This document shows, in pieces, positions 1 through 8,963 of a stretch of 37,715 nucleotides of DNA. The translations under genes were made by a program, and so were the position numbers. The stretch covers positions 32,626 to 70,340 of the forward strand of contig JBBIJB010000008.1 in assembly GCA_037446215.1 (NCBI GenBank), written 5' to 3'. The notes beneath the pieces are model-generated. The model was given only the letters and a program-made list of their open reading frames with translations, ran no database searches and had not been told where the DNA came from. The DNA is from Armatimonadota bacterium (GTDB lineage: Bacteria > Sysuimicrobiota > Sysuimicrobiia > Sysuimicrobiales > Humicultoraceae). Every line of letters begins with the position of its first letter. The first letter of the stretch is position 1.

Positions 1-45
1 GTGCGACTCCTCCTCCATGCGGCGAATCGTGGGGCCAGTAGTCAT
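1..45 (-). CDS. 5' end of a gene running off the left edge (MTTGPTIRRMEEESH...), product unknown
   Basis: ATG at 45..43 preceded by a strong SD (AAGGAGGTG at 63..55); frame open to the window edge. Confidence 0.6.
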   Translation of the reverse strand, partial: MTTGPTIRRMEEESH

Positions 46-69
46 CGGAGTGAGCACCTCCTTGTCGCG

Positions 70-222
70 TTAGCAGCAGGCGGCTATCGAGGCTACGGCC
101 TCGCAGAACCGGCCGACCTCGTCTTCGGTGTTGTAGTAGTGAACCGACGCCCGGACGACGCTGTCCAGCCCCAGCCGCTCCATGTCAAGACGGGTCGAAA
201 CCACGGTGGACACCGTCACGTT
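70..222 (-). pseudogene. Orphan C-terminal ~50 aa of a class-V PLP enzyme (cysteine desulfurase/SufS-like)
   Basis: Translates as [55 protein letters not shown] is the typical C-terminal motif of this family. The rest of the gene is absent and the fragment abuts the lutC stop. Confidence 0.75.
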
Positions 223-842
223 TGTCGGATCACTATCACCCCGACGACCCCAGGGCCGTGGGCCCCCAGCACCGGCTGCAGCCCGATGTCGGCGCTGCGG
301 CTCGGACCGCTTATCAGCGTGAGGGCCGACGGCATGGGACCGCAGCGGGCGAAGAGGGCCGCGAGGTCCGGGATGATCCGCTCTGATCGAAGCACCGCCA
401 GGTGCGCGAACGGCAGTACCGACACCAGCCGGGGCTGGCCGGGCGCGGCTGGGAGCACCAGTGTGCCGGTCTCCGCCACCGCCCACTCGGCGGCGGTCAC
501 GCCCGCGTCTGCCTGGGCCATCTGGTCCAGGCCGGCGTCCGGCGCGAGCACCCTGATCCCATCGCTCCGCAGCCTGTCCACCAGGGACGCGATCTCGTTG
601 GAGCGCCACGCGATCACGCTCGAGACCTCGTAGCGCGAGCACCATGCCGAGGCCGCCTCGGCGGCCGCCTCCTCCGAGGAGACGACCTCCACCTCCACGC
701 CCAGCTGGCGCGATCGCTCAAGGAAGAGCGATATTGGGTCGCCCGGTAGGACGGCCCGCGGGAGATCCTCCGGCTGCTGCCCATCGGGATCCCCGCCGGG
801 GACAGCGGCTATCACCTTCTCCAGAACGCGTTCCCTGCTCAC
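216..842 (-). CDS. lutC: LutC/YkgG (LUD domain) lactate utilization protein
   Basis: AETGTL and [10 protein letters not shown]...GAHGP motifs; GTG start overlaps the lutB TGA (GTGA); the longer ORF-track N-terminus is out-of-frame lutB sequence. Confidence 0.88.
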   Translation of the reverse strand: MSRERVLEKVIAAVPGGDPDGQQPEDLPRAVLPGDPISLFLERSRQLGVEVEVVSSEEAAAEAASAWCSRYEVSSVIAWRSNEIASLVDRLRSDGIRVLAPDAGLDQMAQADAGVTAAEWAVAETGTLVLPAAPGQPRLVSVLPFAHLAVLRSERIIPDLAALFARCGPMPSALTLISGPSRSADIGLQPVLGAHGPGVVGVIVIRQT

Positions 843-2287
843 CGAACGCCACCGGCGCTTCGATCGCTCCCCGCCCGTACGCGCCGCTGCCACCACTCCC
901 GAAACGACACCGGCGCGAGCGGCGGAGCCGATCGGTGCGCGGTCCAGCCCGATGCGGGATAGGGCAGCCTCTCGATCCTCCCTTGCCTGACGACCAGGCG
1001 CTGCAGCAGCCTCCCGACGCGGCCGGCCGCGGTGAGCCGCGCCGGGCTTCCCATGACTGCGGCCCAGGCCCGCGCGAACAGCCGGTCCAAGGGCTTTGTC
1101 AGGCCTTCCCGGGCCGCGCCCGCCCGGAGTTCGAGGAGCATGCCGGGCAGGTCGATCTTCACCGGACACGCGTCCGCGCACGCCCCGCAGAGCGTCGAGG
1201 CAAAGGGCAGCTCCGCCGCCCGGGGAAGTCCTTCCATCGCGGGCGTGAGCACGGAGCCGATGGGGCCCGCGTATACGGCGTCGTACGCGTGACCTCCGGA
1301 CAACCCGTAGACGGGGCAGGCGTTCTGGCACGCCCCGCACCTGATGCAACGCAGCGCCTCGCGCAGCGCCGGATCCGCGAGCAGCCGTGTCCTGCCGTTG
1401 TCCACGACGACCAGATGCAGCTCCCTGGGCCCGTCGTGCTCGTCGCCGCGGCGCGGCCCGGTGATCATCGAGACGTAGACGCTCGCGCGCTGTCCGGTTC
1501 CGCTGCGCGCGAGCAGGCGCAGGAAGACAGAGGCGTCGGCCAGCGTGGGGATAACCTTCTCTATTCCCATCACCGCGACGTGGGTCCGCGGGATCGAGGT
1601 CGCGAGGCGGATGTTGCCCTCGTTCTCCACGATCACGAGCGTCCCGGTCTCGGCGATGGCGAAGTTCGCGCCGGTGATCCCGATGTCGGCGGAGAGGAAC
1701 TCGGAGCGGAGCACGGTGCGTGCGGCGCGGGCCAGATCCTCCGGCCGCTCGTAGCGCGGCACGCCGAGCTTCTGCGTGAAGAGGTCGGCCACCGCGCTCG
1801 CGGGCTTGTGGACTATCGGCGCGATCAGGTGGCTGGGGCGCTCCCCGGCGAGCTGCGCCACGTACTCACCCAAGTCGGTCTCCACCACTCTGATCCCGGC
1901 GGCCTCGAGAGCCGGGTTGAGGTCGATCTCCTCGGTCGTCATCGACTTGCCCTTCACGGCCAGCCGGGCGCCCCGCTCGCGCGCGATCGCCGCCACGATA
2001 GACCTTGCCTCGGAGGCGTCTTGCGCCCAGTGCACCACCCCGCCGGCGGCTGTGAAGCGCGACTCGAACTGCACCAGGTAGTCGTCGAGGTGCGCGAGGG
2101 CGCGGTCCTTCATCCGGGCCGCCGCCGAGCGTAGCTCCTCCCACTCGGGTACCTCGGTGGCGGCGGCAGAACGCGAGGCCCTGCTGCCCGGCATGGCGAC
2201 GCGGAGTTGAGCCTGCAGCGTGTCATCGGAGAGCGCCCGCTCGCTGTTGCCGACCATGTCGATCCTGGGCGGGAGCCCGCTACTCAC
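839..2287 (-). CDS. lutB: LutB/LldF iron-sulfur lactate utilization protein
   Basis: KGKSMTTEEI, ETDLGE, ENEGNIRL motifs; two 4Fe-4S motifs (CIRCGACQNACP, STLCGACADACP). Confidence 0.93.
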   Translation of the reverse strand: MSSGLPPRIDMVGNSERALSDDTLQAQLRVAMPGSRASRSAAATEVPEWEELRSAAARMKDRALAHLDDYLVQFESRFTAAGGVVHWAQDASEARSIVAAIARERGARLAVKGKSMTTEEIDLNPALEAAGIRVVETDLGEYVAQLAGERPSHLIAPIVHKPASAVADLFTQKLGVPRYERPEDLARAARTVLRSEFLSADIGITGANFAIAETGTLVIVENEGNIRLATSIPRTHVAVMGIEKVIPTLADASVFLRLLARSGTGQRASVYVSMITGPRRGDEHDGPRELHLVVVDNGRTRLLADPALREALRCIRCGACQNACPVYGLSGGHAYDAVYAGPIGSVLTPAMEGLPRAAELPFASTLCGACADACPVKIDLPGMLLELRAGAAREGLTKPLDRLFARAWAAVMGSPARLTAAGRVGRLLQRLVVRQGRIERLPYPASGWTAHRSAPPLAPVSFREWWQRRVRAGSDRSAGGVR

Positions 2288-3002
2288 GAGACAGCACCTC
2301 GGCCAGGTGCATCGTCCGGACCTTGCTCCCTCGCCGCGCCAGGCCGCCCGCGATGTGCATCAGGCAGCTGGCGTCGGTCCCTACCACGATCTCGGCCCCG
2401 CTCGACTCGATAGCGTCGAGCTTGGAGGCGAGCATGGCGCCCGAGAGCGCCGAGAACTTCACCGAGAAGAGGCCTCCGAAACCGCAGCACTCATCGTAGC
2501 CCCGCAGCTCGACCAGCCTCAGGCCTCGCACCGAGCGGAGCAGCTCCAGCGGCTCCTCCAGCAGCCCCAGCCCCCGAAGCCCCCGGCAGGAGGAGTGGTA
2601 GGTCGCGGTGCAGTCGAAGACGGCCCCCAGGTCGGTCTTGCGGAGCACGCGCACGAGGAACTCGCTCAACTCGAACGTCCGTGCGGCCAGCGAACGGGCG
2701 CGCGCCAGCAGGAGCGGGTCGTCTCGGAACAGCACCGGGTACCATCTGCGCACCATCTCGGCGCACGAGCCGGACGGCGCCACCACCGGAGAGTTGCCCT
2801 CAAAGGCGTCGAGGAACCGCCGGGCCATCGCCCGCGCCTCGTCGCGATAGCCCCCGTTGAACGCCACCTGGCCGCAGCAGGTCTGCCCTGCTGGAAAGGC
2901 GACGGCGCAGCCGGCGCCCTCCAGCACGCGCGCCGTGGCCGCGCCTATGCCCGGGTAGAGCTGGTCTGCCAGGCAGGTTACGAAGAGGTCGACCTCGCTC
3001 AA
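2280..3002 (-). CDS. lutA: LutA/YkgE CCG-domain Fe-S protein
   Basis: LFVTCLAD, QTCCGQ, PSGSC and CCGFGG motifs; TTG start overlaps the upstream TGA. Confidence 0.92.
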   Translation of the reverse strand: MSEVDLFVTCLADQLYPGIGAATARVLEGAGCAVAFPAGQTCCGQVAFNGGYRDEARAMARRFLDAFEGNSPVVAPSGSCAEMVRRWYPVLFRDDPLLLARARSLAARTFELSEFLVRVLRKTDLGAVFDCTATYHSSCRGLRGLGLLEEPLELLRSVRGLRLVELRGYDECCGFGGLFSVKFSALSGAMLASKLDAIESSGAEIVVGTDASCLMHIAGGLARRGSKVRTMHLAEVLSRE

Positions 3003-4159
3003 CCCGCCAGGACTCCCGCGGCCTCTCCGACGGCGGCCCCCTTGTTGATACGGACGCCCTCCGACGAGAGCACCGCCTCAAGCGCGGCCAGCAGCAGCAG
3101 CACCCAACGCGGCTGGCTGGAGTGCCCCATCAGCCCGATCCGCCAGACCTGCCCGCGCAGGGGTCCAAGCCCGCCCGCGATCTCTATGGTGTACTCACGC
3201 AGCAGCCGGGTTCTCACCCTGGCGTCGTCGGCGCCCTGTGGGAGTCGTACCGTCGTGATGGTCGGGGAGCGATCGGCCGCGTCGACCAGGAGCTCGAGCC
3301 CCATCGCCTCGAGCCCCGCCCACAGGGCGCGCGTGTTGCGCCAGTGGCGCGCGGTGCGCGCCTCCAACCCCTCCTCCACCACTAGTCGAAGCGCCGCGCA
3401 CATCGCGTAGACCTGCTGGACCGGAACCGTGTGGTGGTAGGCGTGGGGCGCACCCCAGTACTTCCAGAGGGTCTCCAGGTCGAGGTTGAACGTCGCCGGC
3501 GCATGGCGGCCGCGCGACTTCGCGTTCACGGTGATCGGGGCCATGCCCGGAGGTGCGCTCAAGGACTTCTGCGAGCCGCTGTAGCAGGCGTCGATTGCCC
3601 ACGCGTCCACGGGCAGCTCCGCGCCCGCCAGCGAGGCCACCGCGTCCACCAGCATCAGCGCCCCGTGGTCGTGCGCGATGCGGGCGAGATCGACCAGCGG
3701 CTGGAGGATGCCGGTCGAGGTCTCGACGTGGACCGCCGCGACGCAGGAGACCGGACCGCCGCCGGAGGTGCCTGAGAGCGCCTTCTCGAGATCGGCGGGA
3801 TCCACGCACTTGCCCCAGGGCGCCTCTACCCGGACGACCTCCGCGCCTATCCGCCCTCCGATGTCCGCGACCCGGTCCGCGAAGAAGCCCGCGGTGCAGA
3901 CGGCAAGCCGATCGCCCGGCTTCACCATCTGTAGCAGCGCGGCCTCCATGCCGGCGGTGCCGGTGCTCGATATCGGAAACGTCATCTCGTTCTCGGTGAC
4001 GAAGACCTGCCTCAGCAGCTCCACCGTCTCCTCGAGGATGGGAAGCAGGTCGGGGTCCATGTGTCCGGTCATGGGCTGTGAGAGGGCCGCGATCACCTCG
4101 GGCGGCAACAGGCTGGGGCCGGGCCCCAGCAGGATCCTTTCGCCGGGCATGCTTGACAT
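2999..4159 (-). CDS. Alanine-glyoxylate / serine-pyruvate aminotransferase (class V PLP)
   Basis: LLGPGPS, TGTAGMEA, HVETSTG, DAVAS, SGSQKSL (PLP Lys), YHHT and WRIGLMG motifs. Confidence 0.88.
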   Translation of the reverse strand: MSSMPGERILLGPGPSLLPPEVIAALSQPMTGHMDPDLLPILEETVELLRQVFVTENEMTFPISSTGTAGMEAALLQMVKPGDRLAVCTAGFFADRVADIGGRIGAEVVRVEAPWGKCVDPADLEKALSGTSGGGPVSCVAAVHVETSTGILQPLVDLARIAHDHGALMLVDAVASLAGAELPVDAWAIDACYSGSQKSLSAPPGMAPITVNAKSRGRHAPATFNLDLETLWKYWGAPHAYHHTVPVQQVYAMCAALRLVVEEGLEARTARHWRNTRALWAGLEAMGLELLVDAADRSPTITTVRLPQGADDARVRTRLLREYTIEIAGGLGPLRGQVWRIGLMGHSSQPRWVLLLLAALEAVLSSEGVRINKGAAVGEAAGVLAG

Positions 4160-4184
4160 CTGTGCCTCCTTAACCAGGGTACAT

Positions 4185-5216
4185 CTATTCTTCTACGCGA
4201 TCTCCGAGTTCCTGTTTGGGGTGGGCCTCGCGCAGGAAGCGCGCGGCCTCCTCGGGCGGCACGGGATTGATGTAGAAGCCCGAACCCCACTCGAACCCTG
4301 CCACGTGCGTCAGCCGCGGCATCAGCTCAAGGTGCCAGTGGTAGGCGTGGCCCGCGTGCTCGACGTAGGGCGCCGTGTGGACGATGAAGTTGTAGGGAGG
4401 GTTCTCCAGGCAGTCGTGCAGGCACCGCAACGTCGCGCGCAGCGCGGCGGAGAAGCTCCCCACCTCGGCGTCGGTCATCTCGCCGAACGAGGCCCTGTGC
4501 TCCTTGGGCAGCAGCCAAGTCTCGAACGGGAAGCGCGCCGCGTAGGGCTGCAGGGCAACGAACCTGTCGTTCTCGAGCACGACGCGGTCGCCGCTGCCGA
4601 GCTCCTGCTCGATCAGGCGGCAGAAGACGCAGGCCGCGTTGCGCCCGAAGTAGCGCTCGGCCGCCTCGAGCTCCTCGGCGGCGCGCTTCGGGACCGCCGG
4701 CAGCGCTATCAGCTGCGAGTGCGGGTGCGAGAGCGAGGCGCCGGCGCTGCGGCCGTGGTTACGGAACAGCAGCGCGTACTCGAACCGTGGGTCGCCGTCC
4801 AGGTCGCGGTACCGCTGGATGTACGCCCGCACCACGTCGGCGACGTGGTCGTCGGGCAGCATCCCGAGGTGCGCGCGGTGGTCGGCGGTCTCGATGATCA
4901 CCTCGTGGGCGCCGACGCCGTCCATCCGTGTGTACATGCCCACGCTCGAGCGGTCGGTCGCGCCCTCGATACGCAGGGCCGGGTACTTGTTCGAGACGAC
5001 CCTCACCCGCCATCCCGGCTCCCCTGGTCCGCCGCCGTTGTCGCGGATCGCGAAGACCTCCGGGGGCGTGCGCTCCTCGCGGCCCGGACAGAACGGGCAG
5101 CCCTCGTGGTCGTTGGTCTCGACGGGCGGGTGGGCGAAGTCGTGCGGCCGGGCGGCCCGCTCGGTCGCGATTATCACCCACCTGCCCGATATCGGATCGG
5201 TCCGGAGCTCAGGCAA
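4185..5216 (-). CDS. galT: GalT-family hexose-1-phosphate nucleotidylyltransferase (Gal-1-P uridylyltransferase / ADP-glucose phosphorylase-like)
   Basis: ELRTDP, CPFCPG, NKYPAL, catalytic HPHSQ, GFEWGSG motifs; TTG start with GAGGTGA SD. Confidence 0.88.
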   Translation of the reverse strand: MPELRTDPISGRWVIIATERAARPHDFAHPPVETNDHEGCPFCPGREERTPPEVFAIRDNGGGPGEPGWRVRVVSNKYPALRIEGATDRSSVGMYTRMDGVGAHEVIIETADHRAHLGMLPDDHVADVVRAYIQRYRDLDGDPRFEYALLFRNHGRSAGASLSHPHSQLIALPAVPKRAAEELEAAERYFGRNAACVFCRLIEQELGSGDRVVLENDRFVALQPYAARFPFETWLLPKEHRASFGEMTDAEVGSFSAALRATLRCLHDCLENPPYNFIVHTAPYVEHAGHAYHWHLELMPRLTHVAGFEWGSGFYINPVPPEEAARFLREAHPKQELGDRVEE

Positions 5217-5237
5217 CCCGCTTCACCTCGCCGGGAA

Positions 5238-6683
5238 CTAGAGGCGCCACTTCGAGGCGCGCTCAATGGTTGTCTTGTACAGCTCAACATATTTCTCTGC
5301 CGCGCGGTCCCACGAGAAGTCGGCGTCCATGCCCACCTGCTGCAGCCGGCGCCATGCCGAGGGGTCCCTGTAGGCGGCGACGGCCCGGCCCACGGCGTCG
5401 ACCAGGGCGTCGGCGTTGTACTCCTCGAAGACGAAGCCGTTGGCGGTACCGCGGCGCAGGTTCTCGGGAGAGGCGTCCACGACGCTGTCCGCCAGGCCCC
5501 CTGTCCTCCTAACGACCGGGGGCGTGCCGTATCGGAGGCTGTAGAGCTGGTTCAGCCCCGAGGGCTCGAAGCGCGACGGCATGAGGAAGAGATCGGCTCC
5601 TGCCTCGATCCTGTGCGCCAGTCCTTCGTCGAACCCGATCACGGCCCGCACGTGGGCCGGCCAGCGCGCCTCGGCGCGCCTGAACTCCTCCTCGTAGAGG
5701 GGATCGCCCGTGCCCAGGATCAGCACCTGCGTGCCCATCGCCACGATCCGGTCGATCGCGGCCGCCAGGAGGTCGAACCCCTTCTGCTCGACCAGGCGGG
5801 CGACGGTCCCAACCAGCGGCGTGTAGGGGCTCACGGGAAGGCGGACCTCCGACTGCAGGGCCGCCTTGCACCTCGCCTTGCCCGAGAGATCCGCCGCGTC
5901 GTAGCGGTGCGGGATGTAGGGGTCTACTGACGGATCCCACTGTGAGTAGTCCACGCCGTTCAGCACTCCGAACAGGTCGGATGACCGGGCACGCAGGAGG
6001 CCGTCGAGCCCGGCCCCGAGCTGCTCTTCCTGGATCTCCCTGGCGTAGGACTCGCTCACCGTGGACAGCACGTGGGACCAGATGAGGCCTGCCTTCATCA
6101 GGTTGACCCTGCCGTAGAACTCCACTCCCTCGGGCGAGAAGGCGCTCCGGGGAAGGCACGTCAGCGGGAACTGCTCCGCCGGGAAGGTCCCCTGGTGGGC
6201 GAGGTTGTGCAGTGTGAACAGCGTGGGGGTCGCCGACCTGGCGGCCCTCAGATAGGCCGGCACCAGCGCGGTGTGCCAGTCGTGGCAGTGCACCAGGTCG
6301 GGCTGCCAGACCTCCTGCATCAGGGCGAGCGCGGCCTGGCTGAGGAAGGCGAAGCGGGCCAGGTTGTCGTCGTAGTCCCGACCCCCCTCGCCGTAGATCC
6401 CCTCCCTGTCGTAGAGCCCGGGCGAGTCCAGGAGGTAGGCGGGCGTGCCGTCAGGGAAGCGGCCTGCCAGGATCTCACCGCAGATCTCCTCCCCGCCGAT
6501 CGGGCACCGCACCTGCCGAAGAGGTATCAGGCCGGCCCGGGGGATGCCGCGGTAGAGCGGCAAGACGACACGGACGTCGAGCCCCCTGCGCCGTAGGGCG
6601 CCCGGAAGCGCCCCGGCCACGTCGGCAAGGCCGCCCGTCTTAGCGAACGGCACCGCCTCGCTCACGCAGAACAGCGACCTCAT
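5238..6683 (-). CDS. glgA: Glycogen synthase (GT5)
   Basis: KTGGLADV, HCHDWH, HNLAHQG, EQKG and PSRFEPSGLNQ motifs. Confidence 0.95.
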   Translation of the reverse strand: MRSLFCVSEAVPFAKTGGLADVAGALPGALRRRGLDVRVVLPLYRGIPRAGLIPLRQVRCPIGGEEICGEILAGRFPDGTPAYLLDSPGLYDREGIYGEGGRDYDDNLARFAFLSQAALALMQEVWQPDLVHCHDWHTALVPAYLRAARSATPTLFTLHNLAHQGTFPAEQFPLTCLPRSAFSPEGVEFYGRVNLMKAGLIWSHVLSTVSESYAREIQEEQLGAGLDGLLRARSSDLFGVLNGVDYSQWDPSVDPYIPHRYDAADLSGKARCKAALQSEVRLPVSPYTPLVGTVARLVEQKGFDLLAAAIDRIVAMGTQVLILGTGDPLYEEEFRRAEARWPAHVRAVIGFDEGLAHRIEAGADLFLMPSRFEPSGLNQLYSLRYGTPPVVRRTGGLADSVVDASPENLRRGTANGFVFEEYNADALVDAVGRAVAAYRDPSAWRRLQQVGMDADFSWDRAAEKYVELYKTTIERASKWRL

Positions 6684-8092
6684 GCCGGCTCAGGGTTCCC
6701 GGCAGATCCGTCGTTTGGTGTGCCGATCAGCCCGATCCACAGGTCGTTGACGTTGGTGTTGGTGGGGCCGGTCACGATGAGGTCGCCCAGCGCCTCGAAG
6801 AAGTGGTAGGAGTCGTTGCCCGCGAGAGAGGCCCTCGCGTCGAGCCCAAGCGCGGCTGCGCGCGCCATGGTGGTGCCGTCTGCAACGGCACCGGCGGCAT
6901 CGGTCGGCCCGTCCGTTCCGTCGGTCCCGAACGAGGCCACAAGCGCCTGCCGCAGCCCATCGAGGGCCCAGGCGGCGGCCAGTGCCAGCTCCTGGTTTCG
7001 CCCCCCCTTGCCCTTGCCCCTCACCGTTACGGTGGTCTCGCCACCCTCTAGAAGGCAGAGGGGCGGGCCGCCGTGGACCGGAGGGGGCTCTCCCTCTCGC
7101 GCGAGGCCCTCGGCCCGGACGGTCTGCCCGAACCGCGCGCCCACCTCCCGTGCCTCACCCTCCGTGCGGGTGGAGTGCATGACCGCGCGGTAGCCGAGGG
7201 CCTCTGCCCTGTCGCGCGCGGCACTGGCGGCCAGCTCTATGTCCCCCACAATCACGGCCTGCGTTCGGGAGAACGCGGGATCGCCCGGCTTCGGGGTGTC
7301 CGGGATGGCCCCGCGGGCCCCCTCCATCAGCCTCCGCCTCACGGCCTCCGGGAGCTCCTCCCGCAGATTGAACCTGTCGACGACCGCGAGCGCCTCCTCG
7401 AAGGTGGACGGGTCTGGGACCGTTGGGCCCGAGGCGATCGCGTCCAGCGGGTTCCCGAGGACATCGGAGAGGATCAGGGTCACTACGGTCGCGGGCGAGG
7501 CGAGGCGGGCCAGCTGCCCTCCCTTGAGCCCTGACAGGTGTTTCCTCACGGTGTTGACGTCGCCGATCGCGGCCCCCGAGCGCAGCAGGAGGTCCGTGGT
7601 CGCGATCTTCTCGGCCAGCGTGATCCCCTCGGCCGGGGCCGGCAGCAGCGCCGATCCCCCGCCTGAGATCAGGACGATGACCAGGTCACCATCACCCGCG
7701 CCCCTGACCATCTCCGCGATGCGGGCCGCGCCTGCCCGGCCGGAGTCGTCGGGAAGCGGATGGCCGGCTTCTATCAGGGATGTCGCGCTCAGCCGCTCTC
7801 CGTAGCCGTACTTCGTTGTGACCGCGCCCGCGGTGATGCGGTCTCCCAGCACCGACTCGAGGGCGGAGGCCATCCTCGCGGATCCTTTTCCTGCGCCGAC
7901 CACGAAGATCCGAGACCCGGCATCCAGCTCGTAGACGCGGTCGCCTACGACGAGCCCGCCCGGTCCCAGGCTGACCGCGCGCAGCACCGCGGCCGCGGGG
8001 TCGGCCGCCTCGACCGCGGCCCCGAGGATCTCGACGGCATGTTCGCGCTGCCGCCGCCCGTCCCCGTGGAAGATCCGGCCGTCAACCCTCAT
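6680..8092 (-). CDS. Glycerate 2-kinase (MOFRL/TtuD family)
   Basis: GAGKGS, AGHPLPD, ISGGGSAL, KGGQLA, IASGPT, GGETTV, GGRNQE, GTDGTDG, TNTNVND motifs; start placed at ATG 8092. Confidence 0.9.
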   Translation of the reverse strand: MRVDGRIFHGDGRRQREHAVEILGAAVEAADPAAAVLRAVSLGPGGLVVGDRVYELDAGSRIFVVGAGKGSARMASALESVLGDRITAGAVTTKYGYGERLSATSLIEAGHPLPDDSGRAGAARIAEMVRGAGDGDLVIVLISGGGSALLPAPAEGITLAEKIATTDLLLRSGAAIGDVNTVRKHLSGLKGGQLARLASPATVVTLILSDVLGNPLDAIASGPTVPDPSTFEEALAVVDRFNLREELPEAVRRRLMEGARGAIPDTPKPGDPAFSRTQAVIVGDIELAASAARDRAEALGYRAVMHSTRTEGEAREVGARFGQTVRAEGLAREGEPPPVHGGPPLCLLEGGETTVTVRGKGKGGRNQELALAAAWALDGLRQALVASFGTDGTDGPTDAAGAVADGTTMARAAALGLDARASLAGNDSYHFFEALGDLIVTGPTNTNVNDLWIGLIGTPNDGSAGNPEPA

Positions 8093-8936
8093 CGGCGCCC
8101 CCCGCACGGCCGCCGTTGCCCGCCTGCCAGACCGGGCCGCCCGCGTTGGGCCGGACGGCCACGACCGACACCCCGCGGATCCCCCGGGCCTCAAGCGCCT
8201 CCATGACGGTGTCGCGGGCGAGCGGCGCGAGGTTGTTGGTGTCGCTCAGGTGGACGAGATGGACGTCCTGCGGGCCGCCTGTGGCCATACCCACCACGGC
8301 AGCCGCCGCCCCCTCATTCGAGAGGTGACCGCGGCTGCCTATGATCCGGTTCTTCAGGAACCACGGGTACGCGGAGACCGCCATCAGGCGCAGGTCGTAG
8401 TTGGCCTCGATCACCAGCAGGTCCACCCCTCTCGCGCGCTCGACCAGCGCCTCGGGAACCTCGCCCAGGTCGCAGGCCACCGCCACCCGGACTCCGTCGG
8501 CCGCCAGCAGGAATCCCACGGGATCGGCGGCGTCGTGCGGCAGGGAGAACGGCGTCGCCCGGATGCACCCGACGGAGAAGGTGGAGTCCTCCTTGAACGC
8601 CTCGGAGGGAGAGCCGGCGATCTGGGCGCCGGCCGCGCGCAGGGTGGACTCGTTTGCCAGCACCACGGCCCCGGTCGCGCGTGCCACCGCGGCCACCCCC
8701 CTGCAGTGGTCGTCGTGCTCATGCGTCAGCAGTATCGCGTCCAGCCGCGCGCAGCCGCCCGGTCCCGGAGCGGCGCCGTCGATCTCGCGGAGGATCACCT
8801 CCGCTGGCAGCCCGGCGTCTATCAGGAGGCGTGTCCCCGGAGACTCGACCAGGATGGCGTTGCCGGCGCTGCCGCTCCTGAGCACGCGGACGCGGATGGG
8901 GCTTGGCTGCGACGAAGGGTTCATCTCGCCCGACAC
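8082..8936 (-). CDS. MBL-fold metallohydrolase (YycJ/WalJ-like)
   Basis: SGSAGN, IDAG, THEHDDH, PHDA, EANYD, GHLSN and HLS..NN motifs. Confidence 0.85.
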   Translation of the reverse strand: MSGEMNPSSQPSPIRVRVLRSGSAGNAILVESPGTRLLIDAGLPAEVILREIDGAAPGPGGCARLDAILLTHEHDDHCRGVAAVARATGAVVLANESTLRAAGAQIAGSPSEAFKEDSTFSVGCIRATPFSLPHDAADPVGFLLAADGVRVAVACDLGEVPEALVERARGVDLLVIEANYDLRLMAVSAYPWFLKNRIIGSRGHLSNEGAAAAVVGMATGGPQDVHLVHLSDTNNLAPLARDTVMEALEARGIRGVSVVAVRPNAGGPVWQAGNGGRAGGADEG

Positions 8937-8963
8937 GCTACCGAGGGTTCGTCGGTGAAGCGG

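Noticed and set aside
3678..5930. 750-aa plus-strand ORF and similar long antisense ORFs (9111-10754, 13710-15929, 22201-24300, 35181-36569)
   Set aside because: They shadow well-supported genes on the opposite strand and show no family motifs; these are high-GC codon-bias artefacts.
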